The translations under genes and the position numbers were made by a program. From assembly GCA_964507445.1 (NCBI GenBank), contig CAZDQF010000003.1, positions 98,578-162,577 on the forward strand: a DNA stretch of 64,000 bases, read 5' to 3'. The DNA is from an uncultured Isosphaeraceae bacterium (lineage in GTDB: Bacteria > Planctomycetota > GCA-002687715). The notes below the pieces were generated by a model that worked only from the letters and a program-made list of their open reading frames with translations, did no database searches and was not told where the DNA came from. Shown here piece after piece: positions 20,003-28,802 of this stretch (positions are counted from its first letter, which is position 1; each line of letters begins with the position of its first letter).

Positions 20003-20878
20003 ATGCCGCCTACCCCCGGCCTCCTCGTCATAGACAAACCCCTGGGCCCCAGCAGCCGGGCCGTCCTCGACGGCATGGAGCGACGCCTCAAGATCGGACC
20101 GCTCGGACACACGGGCACCCTCGATCCACTGGCCTCTGGCCTGCTCATCGTCCTCGCCGGCAGCGCCCGCCGGCTCCAGGACATGCTCATGGCCTCCTCC
20201 AAGACCTACGACGCGGAGGTGACCCTCGGCGCCACCTCCGTGACCCTGGATGGGGAAGGCCCCGTCACGACCATGGGCACGCCCGTCCCGTCCCTCTCCG
20301 AAGGAGACATGCGGGAGTTGATAGGGCGGTTCACCGGTGCCATCGAGCAGCTCCCCCCTCCCCACTCCGCCGTCCACGTGGGTGGCAAGAGAGCGTACGA
20401 GCTCGCCCGACGGGGGGAGGCTCCTGCGCTCCGTCCGCGCACCGTCTCGATCGATCACCTGGAGTTGACCGGGCGCTCCGGGAACATCTTGAACCTGCGG
20501 GTCCGTTGCGGCCCCGGGACCTACATCCGCAGCCTGGCTCGAGACCTCGGAGAAGACCTCGGCTGTGGCGCCTACCTCTCCGGACTGAGGCGGGTCGTCA
20601 GCGGCCCCTTCGAAGTGGCGGATGCGCGCACCCCGGAAGAGGTGTCGGAGGAGCACCTCTTGCCACTGGCGGCCATCCTGGGCTCCTTCAACCGGGTCGA
20701 CGTCGACCGCCAAGACGCGGTCCGCCTGTCACTGGGCCAGAGCGTCACGGGGCTGGAAGTGGGACCCGACGCTCCGACCTTCGCCTGGCTGGACGACCAC
20801 CCGGTGTGCCGACTTCGCGCCACCGATGGAGGCGCCCGGTCGGATCTCCGCCTGCGGGAGATCCGCCGAGAGCCCTGA
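20003..20878 (+). CDS. truB: tRNA pseudouridine(55) synthase
   Basis: DKPLG, GHTGTLDPLASG, GKRAYELAR, GTYIRSLARDLG. Confidence 0.95.
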   Translation: MPPTPGLLVIDKPLGPSSRAVLDGMERRLKIGPLGHTGTLDPLASGLLIVLAGSARRLQDMLMASSKTYDAEVTLGATSVTLDGEGPVTTMGTPVPSLSEGDMRELIGRFTGAIEQLPPPHSAVHVGGKRAYELARRGEAPALRPRTVSIDHLELTGRSGNILNLRVRCGPGTYIRSLARDLGEDLGCGAYLSGLRRVVSGPFEVADARTPEEVSEEHLLPLAAILGSFNRVDVDRQDAVRLSLGQSVTGLEVGPDAPTFAWLDDHPVCRLRATDGGARSDLRLREIRREP

Positions 20879-20913
20879 GCCCCAGCGGACCCCCGTTCGA
20901 CCCCCGCAAGGAG

Positions 20914-20956
20914 CAGGGGCGACACCTCCGCCTGATCGACGGCAGCGTCGCCCCTG
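20914..20956. terminator. Inverted repeat between convergent truB and peroxidase genes
   Basis: CAGGGGCGAC...GTCGCCCCTG 10-bp stem. Confidence 0.45.
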
Positions 20957-20976
20957 TCTCGTGGAGAAGTGTGTCT

Positions 20977-22698
20977 CTACTGGATGGTCACGTGGAGACC
21001 GCTGGTGGCCGCGAATCCGTTGACCGCGGTGGGGTCCTGGATCCACCACTGCCCGAAGAACTCGAGGCCCGCCAACGCGGGCAGGTCGGGAATCGCCGAC
21101 TGATAGGTCCCGAAGCCGCCGGCCGGTCCGGAGCCCATCAACGTGGTGGTCACCAGCACGAAGGACGGGTCCAGGTGATCCACGTTCAACGGGACACCGC
21201 CCAGGAACGTGCCGAAGGGCGCCGCCACGCTGGAGATCCCCAGGAACGCCAGGGCGCCGCCGCGGGCGTTCCTCACGCCCACCTTGAACGCCCCGTTCCC
21301 GACCTGAGCGGGCGAGACCGCGATCCACTCCGGGGTGCCGCCAGCGCTACCCCAGGACAATCCGTAGATGCTCCCGGAGCCCGCGTTGACCTCGCTGCTC
21401 AAGGTCGGCCTCGAGAAGGCGCCGGTCTCATTGGCCACCCGCGGATCGTCGAAGGCCATGCTCAGGAACGCCACCAGCGCCTGCTCCTCGTTGTTGTTGA
21501 GGGGCAGGTTGACGATCCGGTTGTCCAGGCCATCGGTGAAGTCGCCGCCACGGTCATAGAAGCCCACCACCTGAGCGAGGTTGGTGAACTGACCGTTGTG
21601 CATGTATCGAGAGCGCATCCCGACGTTGCGCAGGCTCGGAGTCTTGAACTCGCCGCGGTCGTTGAAGTTGCCGGTGACGCTCATGCGACCCGGGTCCTCC
21701 TGCCACGGCCGCAGGCCGATGTTGATGAACTCGCTGTTCGACGCCAGTTGTCCGCCATGACACAGCACACAACGACCAGGACCGGTGAAGATCTGGAATC
21801 CCTGCTCCTGCTGCGGCGTGAACACCGTGTTCGGCGGCGCCCCGGCACGGACCGCGTCGATGGGAGCCTGATCCGGGACCAGGGTCCGCTGATAGGTGGC
21901 CAGGGCGAACGCGATACGGGTCGCCGTGATCGCCGAGTCCCCGAACGCCGCCTGGAACAACGCCGGGTAACTGCTGTTGGCTCCCTGGAGCGCCGAGACC
22001 AGGTCCGACGGCAGGTTGGACGCCAGCTGGAGCGGCACCACCGTGTTCAGCTTGCTGATGACGTCGTTCCAGGTCCGGCCGTCGTGGGCCATCTCATCGC
22101 TGGCCAGGATGGGCCCGACGGACTGGCTCTCCAGGGCGCCCCCGAACGGGATGATCACCGCCCCGGTCTGCGGGTCCGTGAACTGACCGGTGGCGCGGCC
22201 GTCCCAGAACAGGGCACCCGGGAACCAGGCGCTGGTGAGGTTCGTGGGCGCGTACCGCGGCGTGACCTGACGGTTGAGGCCGAACGTGCCGTGAGCCAGG
22301 TAGTTCCCGCCGGGACCCTGCCGGATCATCCCCGGCGAACCGTTGCGATCATCCGGAGTCCCGAAGACGCCGTCGGCTCCCGGATGGAGCGCGGTACGAG
22401 GATCGCTGCCGCCGTCCCCGGGACGGTGGCAGGTGCCGCAGGCCACCGTGTTGTCTGACGACAGCTGTTCATCCCAGAACAGCGCCTTCCCCAGGACCGC
22501 CTTCGCCGGCGTGATCGGGTTCATGGGCGGCGCCTGAACCGGAGGCAACCCCGGAGGCGGGGGCGGAGGCCCACCACCCGGAGGAGGGGGCGGAGGCCCA
22601 CCACCCGGAGGCGGGGGCGGAGGGGGTTGCTGCGCCACCGTGACCACGGGGGCAAAAAGCGCAAGAACCACAAGGGTGCTCAGGATCGTTCGCATCAT
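20977..22698 (-). CDS. Secreted di-haem cytochrome c peroxidase/MauG-family protein with poly-Pro N-terminus and extra C-terminal domain
   Basis: Signal peptide; LGKALFWD, CGTCH, FWDGRA, CVLCH, FKTPSLRNV..YMHNG. Confidence 0.88.
   Translation of the reverse strand: MMRTILSTLVVLALFAPVVTVAQQPPPPPPPGGGPPPPPPGGGPPPPPPGLPPVQAPPMNPITPAKAVLGKALFWDEQLSSDNTVACGTCHRPGDGGSDPRTALHPGADGVFGTPDDRNGSPGMIRQGPGGNYLAHGTFGLNRQVTPRYAPTNLTSAWFPGALFWDGRATGQFTDPQTGAVIIPFGGALESQSVGPILASDEMAHDGRTWNDVISKLNTVVPLQLASNLPSDLVSALQGANSSYPALFQAAFGDSAITATRIAFALATYQRTLVPDQAPIDAVRAGAPPNTVFTPQQEQGFQIFTGPGRCVLCHGGQLASNSEFINIGLRPWQEDPGRMSVTGNFNDRGEFKTPSLRNVGMRSRYMHNGQFTNLAQVVGFYDRGGDFTDGLDNRIVNLPLNNNEEQALVAFLSMAFDDPRVANETGAFSRPTLSSEVNAGSGSIYGLSWGSAGGTPEWIAVSPAQVGNGAFKVGVRNARGGALAFLGISSVAAPFGTFLGGVPLNVDHLDPSFVLVTTTLMGSGPAGGFGTYQSAIPDLPALAGLEFFGQWWIQDPTAVNGFAATSGLHVTIQ
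22551..22623. repeat. 27-bp tandem repeat (~2.7 copies) encoding PPPPPPGGG
   Basis: ccggagg(c/a)gggggcggaggcccaccac at 22551, 22578 and (partial) 22605. Confidence 0.9.
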
Positions 22699-22807
22699 GG
22701 AAGTCTCTCCTGCACCTCATCCCGGTGCCGCTCTATTCTCGCCCGCGCTTTCCCGAAATCGATGCTTCTCCCCTGCGAATCGGGGCAGATTCCATCAGAA
22801 TTGAGGA

Positions 22808-25363
22808 ATGCGTCGGACTTCGCTGCTGCTGTTGATCCTGCTCTCGCTCCTGCAAAGGGAATCCGCGGCTCAGAACCCCGCGGGGGTCCTCGCCGGTCAG
22901 CAGATCGTGATCTCGCCGGGTCACGGCTACTACTGGCACTCCAGCCTGGGCTGGATCACCCAGCGACCGCTCATCGACGAGCTCATCGAGGACATCCACA
23001 CCCACGAGATCGTCCACGACCACCTGCTCCCGTGGCTGGAAGGCACCGGCGTACGAACGGTCCTCTGCCGCGCCAGGAGCCGCACCGTCGAGGAACACAT
23101 CATCCAGGACGACGACGGCTTCCCCGCCTACCAGGAGACGGGTGCGTGGAGCACGAGCCTCTCCACCGGGTGGGCCGGGTCCACCTATCGTTTCACCGGC
23201 ACGTCGCCCGTGGGCGGCGCCACCGCCACGTTCCGCACCACCATCACCAGGACCGACCACTATCCCGTCTACGTGGCCTTCCGCGCCGGCGCCAACCGCA
23301 CGACCCAGGCCCGGGTAGAGGTCTCTCACGCCGGGGGCACGAGCTGGCGAACCGTGGACCAGACCCGCTTCAACCTCCGCTGGCTCCATGTGGGGACGTT
23401 CCCGTTTCGCGCCATGGAGGAGGCCACCGTGACCCTGTCCAGCGCCTCTCCCTCCGCCGGTGTCATCATCGCCGACGCGGTGAAGATCGGCGACGGGATG
23501 GGCTCCATCGCACGCGGCGGCGCCGTCTCCGGCCAACCACGCTGGAAGGAGTGCTCCCGCTACCACGCCGAGTACTTCGGCGCCCCTCCCTGGGTCTGGG
23601 ACCCCATCGTCGGGGGGCAGGACAACTCCGACGACGTCACCTGCCGCCCCTTCTACGGGGAGTGGTACTGCGACGGGCAGGCGGACCTGTACCTGTCCCT
23701 CCACACCAACGCGGGCGGCGGCAGCGGCACCAGCTCGTTCATCCACAACTCGTTGCTGCCCGCGGGCAGCGTGCCATGGCAGGACGTCCTGCATGGACGG
23801 CTCCTCGGCGACCTGACGGCTCACTGGAGCCCCACCTGGATCGATCGAGGTCAGTTCACCGCCAACTTCGGAGAGCTGCGAGAACTCTCCACCATGCCCG
23901 GCTGCCTGGTGGAGCTGGCCTTCCATGACGACGTGGGCGGTGACGTGGAGGCGATCCACCATCCCGAGTTCCGCGCCATCTCGGGACGGGCCATGGCGAG
24001 GGCGGTCCTGGAGTACCTCGCACCGGGCGCCCCCATGCTCGCCGCCCCGCCAACGTCCGTGGCCATGCGCAACTCCGGCGGTGGTCAGCTGACCCTCACC
24101 TGGAACGCGGTCCCCGGGGCCAGCAGTTACCGCGTGCGAACGGCCGCCGACGGGTTCGGCTACGACGACGGGCAGCTGGTCACCGGCACGTCCTTCACCA
24201 TCAACGGCCTCACCCACGACGCCGTCAGGTATGCCAAGGTGGCCTGCGTCAACGCCTCGGGGACCGGCCCCGACAGCGAACCGGTGGGCGCGCGGGTCGC
24301 GCCCGGGGGCGCCGCTCCCCTCCTCGTGGTGAACGGCTTCGATCGTCGGGACCGCAGCCTCAAGGAGCACCAGAATCCGCGCCATTGGCTGGTGGTGGAG
24401 GGTGGCATCATCCAGGCCGTGACGGCGGCTGGGTACCCGTTCGACGGTTGCACCAACGAGGCGGTCCAGACCCTGTTCGCGCCGCTCACGGATTACACGT
24501 GCGTCGGCTGGATACTCGGAGAAGAGTCCACCCAGGACGAGACCTTCAACGCCATCGAGCAATTCCGGGTCACCTCCTACCTGACCGGCGGCGGACGGGT
24601 CTTCTACACGGGAGCGGAGGTCGGTTGGGACCTGGACTGGCTCGGCACCGCCGCGGATCGCGCCTTCTACGAACAGACCCTTGGTCAGGACTACGTCGCC
24701 GACGACGCGGGCACCTACTGGACCCAGGCCCAGAGCGCCGGAGTCCTGGGATCTCTACCGCCCATGATGTTCGACGATGGCTCGGTCCTCAGCGACATCG
24801 GCTACCCGGACGTGGTCCAGCCGACGCCAGGCACGGGCGGGCAGGTCGTCCTGCGGTATGCCACGGGCGCCGGCGCGGCCGTCCTCCACGGCAACGGTCA
24901 GGTGCTCGGGATCGGGTTCCCACTGGAGGCCCTGGTGGACCCTGCTCACCGCGCCCTGCTCATGGAACGGGTCCTCGCTGCCATGTGTCCGCTGCCGCTC
25001 CACCCGCAGGGGACCCCGCAGCCGGGGCAGTCCCTCGCCGTGGCGGTGGAGTTCCCATCGTCGCCGGGTCAGGTGTACATCGCCGCCGCCGCCGCCGGCG
25101 TGCAGTGGGGGCAGCCGTTGCCCGACGGCCGCACCATCCCGCTGAACCCGGACCCCCTGTTCAGCCTCAGCCTGTCCCCTACGCAACCGTTCTTCAGCGG
25201 CATGACAGGGACGCTCAACAGCCAGGGCGTGGGCGCGTTCCAGGTCCATGTGCCGAACCTGCCGTCCCTCTCAGGATTCTCGGCGTGGTTCTCCGCGGTG
25301 ACGCTGCATTCGAACAACACGGTGGACGAGATCGCGCCCTGGGTCCGACTCCGCGTGCCCTAA
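22808..25363 (+). CDS. Secreted N-acetylmuramoyl-L-alanine amidase (Amidase_3-like) with inserted golvesin-like domain, FN3 and C-terminal domain
   Basis: ISPGHG, YLSLHTNAG, LVELAFHD; VIIADAVK insert; LTWNAVPGASSYRV FN3. Confidence 0.8.
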   Translation: MRRTSLLLLILLSLLQRESAAQNPAGVLAGQQIVISPGHGYYWHSSLGWITQRPLIDELIEDIHTHEIVHDHLLPWLEGTGVRTVLCRARSRTVEEHIIQDDDGFPAYQETGAWSTSLSTGWAGSTYRFTGTSPVGGATATFRTTITRTDHYPVYVAFRAGANRTTQARVEVSHAGGTSWRTVDQTRFNLRWLHVGTFPFRAMEEATVTLSSASPSAGVIIADAVKIGDGMGSIARGGAVSGQPRWKECSRYHAEYFGAPPWVWDPIVGGQDNSDDVTCRPFYGEWYCDGQADLYLSLHTNAGGGSGTSSFIHNSLLPAGSVPWQDVLHGRLLGDLTAHWSPTWIDRGQFTANFGELRELSTMPGCLVELAFHDDVGGDVEAIHHPEFRAISGRAMARAVLEYLAPGAPMLAAPPTSVAMRNSGGGQLTLTWNAVPGASSYRVRTAADGFGYDDGQLVTGTSFTINGLTHDAVRYAKVACVNASGTGPDSEPVGARVAPGGAAPLLVVNGFDRRDRSLKEHQNPRHWLVVEGGIIQAVTAAGYPFDGCTNEAVQTLFAPLTDYTCVGWILGEESTQDETFNAIEQFRVTSYLTGGGRVFYTGAEVGWDLDWLGTAADRAFYEQTLGQDYVADDAGTYWTQAQSAGVLGSLPPMMFDDGSVLSDIGYPDVVQPTPGTGGQVVLRYATGAGAAVLHGNGQVLGIGFPLEALVDPAHRALLMERVLAAMCPLPLHPQGTPQPGQSLAVAVEFPSSPGQVYIAAAAAGVQWGQPLPDGRTIPLNPDPLFSLSLSPTQPFFSGMTGTLNSQGVGAFQVHVPNLPSLSGFSAWFSAVTLHSNNTVDEIAPWVRLRVP

Positions 25364-26262
25364 CCCGAGAACGCCGACAGCATCAACTCGCCCATGACCT
25401 GGGCCAGCCGCCGGGTCACCGGACCCGGGTGGCCGTCGCCGATCCGGCGACCGTCGACGCTGATCACGGCGAGCACGGGCCGGGTCGTAGAGGTGATGAA
25501 CGCCTCCTCAGCATCCGCGAGCGCGTCCAAGGTGGTATCCCGCTCCGCCACCAGGGACGGCGCGTGCTCCAGGAGCAAGGACCGGGTGATCCCCGGCAGC
25601 ACGTTCCTGCTCAGCGGTGCCGTCACGGCGACGCCCTCTTTCACGAGCCAGAAGTTGCTGCTCCCGCCTTCCAGGAGCCGACCGCTCTCGTCCACGAAGA
25701 TCGCCTCCAGTCCCTTCGCCTCCGCGGCGGCGCGCTTGGCCAGGATGTTGGGGAGGAGCTGGGTGGACTTCAGGTGGGCGCCGTCCCAGCGGCGCTCGGG
25801 ACAGGTCGCCACCGCGATGCCGCGCCGTTGGTTGGCGGCGAGAGCCTGCATGTTGAAGGGTCTGAGGGTCCCGTAGACCGCCGGAGTGGGAGGGTGTTCC
25901 GGCAGATGATCCCGGGGCCCCACCCCACCGGTCACCTGGAGGTACAGCAGTCCGTCTCCACCGCCTCCTTCTCGAAGCAGGGCCTCGACGCAACGGCTGA
26001 TCGCCCCGGCGCAGGACCCGTGGTCGATGCCCATGCCTTCCAGGGAGCGGGCAAGACGCACCAGATGAGGGTCCAGGGCGAAGGCCTTGCCGTCACGGGT
26101 GAGCAACGCCTCATAAGCCGCCTCACCGAACAGGAACCCGCGATCCTCCAACGGGACCCTGGCCTCGTCGATGGGAACGACCTCGTCGGCGACCCACGCC
26201 ATGGGCGCGGCGATCGGCGCTGAACCCGCCTCCAGCGTCAGGTTCTCGGGCCTGCTGCTCAT
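25360..26262 (-). CDS. Aminotransferase class IV (D-alanine/branched-chain-like)
   Basis: DRGFLFGEAAYE, HLKST, EGGSSN, LPGITR, EAFITST. Confidence 0.88.
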   Translation of the reverse strand: MSSRPENLTLEAGSAPIAAPMAWVADEVVPIDEARVPLEDRGFLFGEAAYEALLTRDGKAFALDPHLVRLARSLEGMGIDHGSCAGAISRCVEALLREGGGGDGLLYLQVTGGVGPRDHLPEHPPTPAVYGTLRPFNMQALAANQRRGIAVATCPERRWDGAHLKSTQLLPNILAKRAAAEAKGLEAIFVDESGRLLEGGSSNFWLVKEGVAVTAPLSRNVLPGITRSLLLEHAPSLVAERDTTLDALADAEEAFITSTTRPVLAVISVDGRRIGDGHPGPVTRRLAQVMGELMLSAFSG

Positions 26263-26406
26263 GGCCACATGTTAGCGCGGACCGGTTGTAGACTCATCAC
26301 GGTCGGCGCGTTGACCGTCCCACCGCAATCGTGCCAGAATCGAGGACACCGGGTTCTGGTGGACCCTATCTCCTCCCCCCGCCTCTTGGACCAGGGAGTT
26401 CCCAAG

Positions 26407-28746
26407 GTGTTGAAATCAAAGACCGCCCTCGTCGTGATCCTGACGGTCATCATGCTCGCCCCCGTGGGCGCGCAGCAATTGACCATCAACGGGTCCACGA
26501 CCCACGCCAACCTGCCGCTGGACGGCGCGTTGACCCACACCCTCACTCTGACCGGGCCCGGGAACACCCCGTTCCACTGGATCGCGGATCAGGACCCCGG
26601 GCCCACCGTCACCGGCGGCGTCTCGATCCCTGTGGGGATCACCCCTGCGACCATCGACATCGGCCTCGGGCTGCCGTTCGCGCCCTCCGGATCGGCCGCA
26701 GTGGCCTTCACCGTGGCGGACCTCTCCCTCGTCGGCGTCACCTACTACTCCGCCGGGGTCTTCCTCACGCCGACGGGCACGGTGGTCTCCAACGGCGTCT
26801 CCATGACCTTCGTCCTCCCCGGCGCCGACGCCGGGCCGGACGCGGCGACATTCGTGAACCAGGGCGTGGCCCTGGACGGCTCCGGCATCCTGAACGGCGC
26901 GGGGCAGGTGCCCGCCGGCGCCAACCCCCTATGGATCGTCACCGGCGCCCCGGCGGGGTCCAACCCTCAGCTTCAGGACGCACAGAGCGCCTACCCCACG
27001 TTCTCCGCTGATGCCCCTGGCGCCTACACCGTGGAGCTGCAGGTCAGCCTCCCCGGGGGACTGAGCGCGGACCAGGTCCAGGTGGACGTGTTCGACGTCC
27101 AGCTCTCCGGCACCTCCGACGGCGCCTTTGTCACGGGCCCCGTCAGCCTCAACGGCACCGCGGATGGCCCTGGCATCGCCAGCCTTGAGATCAACGGCGC
27201 GCCCGTGAGCCTGGCGGGCAACGCCTTCTCCGGCGGCACCCTGACCCCGGCGGACGTCATGAACCCCATCACGGCCACGGTCACCACCGCCGCGGGACAG
27301 GTGATCGAACGCACCATCACGGTGATCAACGGGAGCTCCGCTCCTATCGGCTCCATCGGCAGCCCGGGCGCGGCCACACGCCTCGCCGGCGTCAGCCTCG
27401 ATCTCCTCGAACCGCCCGTGGAACTGGCCCTGGGGGCGCTGCCGCTGAACCAGGTCTTCACGGCCATCCCCACGATCCCGCTGATCCCGTCCGGCCTGCT
27501 CACCGCGAACCTGACCTTCACCGGCGCCAGCTTCGATCCCGCCACCGTGGACTTCGATCTCTTCCCCACCAGCTGTGCCATCGGCATGGCCACCACCCTG
27601 AACTCCCTCTCCATCACGGCGGACATCACCGGGACCCAGCTGTTCGGCGGTCCCTACAGCGAGACCGCCACCATCACCGCCGATTCCGTGATCATCTCCG
27701 GTGAGATGGTGGTGGGGTCGAATGCGCAGGGCGGGGTCGAGGTCACGATCCAGAACACGGACGCCACCTTCGTCAACTTCAACGCTTCCATGACCGGTGT
27801 CCTGGGCCTCTTCGTGGGACTCCTGGAGCCCCTCATCGAAGGTGCCCTGGAGGCCGCTTTGGAGAGCTCTCTCAACCTCATCCCCACGACCCTCAACCCC
27901 CTGCTCTCCGGCCTCGTCATCAGCGTCGACCTCTCCACCACCGGTGTCCCGCTCCAGGTCGACCTGCCCATCAACAGCGTCTGCTACGACGCCGCCGGGC
28001 TCACCCTGGTGAATGACTTCCGGGCGACACCCACGCAGACCAGTCCGTCAGCGCCCGCCCTGACCGGCTACCTCACCACCACCGGAGGAGTCCCGATCTT
28101 CGGCCCGGTCACTCCGGTCAACGGCGCCGCCTACGACTTCGCCCTGGGTATCGACGACGAGCTGCTCAACCAGACGTTCGCCGCCCTCACGACCGCTGGC
28201 GCCCTGGATCTGGACCTGGGAGCGGTGGGGGGAACCGCCATGACCGCCGGGATGGCGGCCACCATGCTCCCCGGAGCGGGGTTCGACCGCTTCGATCCCG
28301 GCACCCCGGTGACCGTCGAGGTGCGCCAGACCACGGCGCCCGCCGTCACCTTCTCCGCCACCGGGGACGCAGCCAGCCTCAGCCTCGGCAACCTGCGGCT
28401 CGTCTTCACCGCGGCGCCCAACCCCGGCGATCGGGTCCCCGTCCTCGAAACGGGCGTGACCGCCCACTCTGCCCTCACGGTCACCATCGACCCCACGACC
28501 GGGACCCTGTCCATCACTCCGGGAGCGACCACCGTGACCTCCACCGCCGGCGGCGCCATGGCCGGCGGTGATGCGGTGGCCGCGCTCGTGGGCATCGACG
28601 GCATCGTGCAGCAGATCCTGCCGCTGTTGACCCAACCTCTGAACGCCATCCCGCTGCCGTTCACCAACGTCGGTGGCGGAGTGGTGGAGATCTCGGTCCC
28701 GTCCAGCGGCCCGAGCATGCTGGTCACGTGGCTCGACGCGCCCTGA
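26407..28746 (+). CDS. Large secreted hypothetical protein (PKD/Ig-like domains plus possible BPI/LBP-like region)
   Basis: Signal peptide; DAGPD..V.LDGS...PTFSADAPGAYTVEL PKD-like module; T/G/A-rich. Confidence 0.65.
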   Translation: MLKSKTALVVILTVIMLAPVGAQQLTINGSTTHANLPLDGALTHTLTLTGPGNTPFHWIADQDPGPTVTGGVSIPVGITPATIDIGLGLPFAPSGSAAVAFTVADLSLVGVTYYSAGVFLTPTGTVVSNGVSMTFVLPGADAGPDAATFVNQGVALDGSGILNGAGQVPAGANPLWIVTGAPAGSNPQLQDAQSAYPTFSADAPGAYTVELQVSLPGGLSADQVQVDVFDVQLSGTSDGAFVTGPVSLNGTADGPGIASLEINGAPVSLAGNAFSGGTLTPADVMNPITATVTTAAGQVIERTITVINGSSAPIGSIGSPGAATRLAGVSLDLLEPPVELALGALPLNQVFTAIPTIPLIPSGLLTANLTFTGASFDPATVDFDLFPTSCAIGMATTLNSLSITADITGTQLFGGPYSETATITADSVIISGEMVVGSNAQGGVEVTIQNTDATFVNFNASMTGVLGLFVGLLEPLIEGALEAALESSLNLIPTTLNPLLSGLVISVDLSTTGVPLQVDLPINSVCYDAAGLTLVNDFRATPTQTSPSAPALTGYLTTTGGVPIFGPVTPVNGAAYDFALGIDDELLNQTFAALTTAGALDLDLGAVGGTAMTAGMAATMLPGAGFDRFDPGTPVTVEVRQTTAPAVTFSATGDAASLSLGNLRLVFTAAPNPGDRVPVLETGVTAHSALTVTIDPTTGTLSITPGATTVTSTAGGAMAGGDAVAALVGIDGIVQQILPLLTQPLNAIPLPFTNVGGGVVEISVPSSGPSMLVTWLDAP

Positions 28747-28769
28747 TCAGGCCCCCATCACTCCCGTGA

Positions 28770-28802
28770 AGGCTGGCCGCCCCCATGGGCGGCGGCCAGC
28801 CT
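28770..28802. terminator. Hairpin between convergent genes
   Basis: AGGCTGGCCGCC-N9-GGCGGCCAGCCT 12-bp stem. Confidence 0.55.

Noticed and set aside
22551-22623. 27-bp repeat as mini-CRISPR
   Set aside because: No spacers, in-frame coding repeat, no cas genes.
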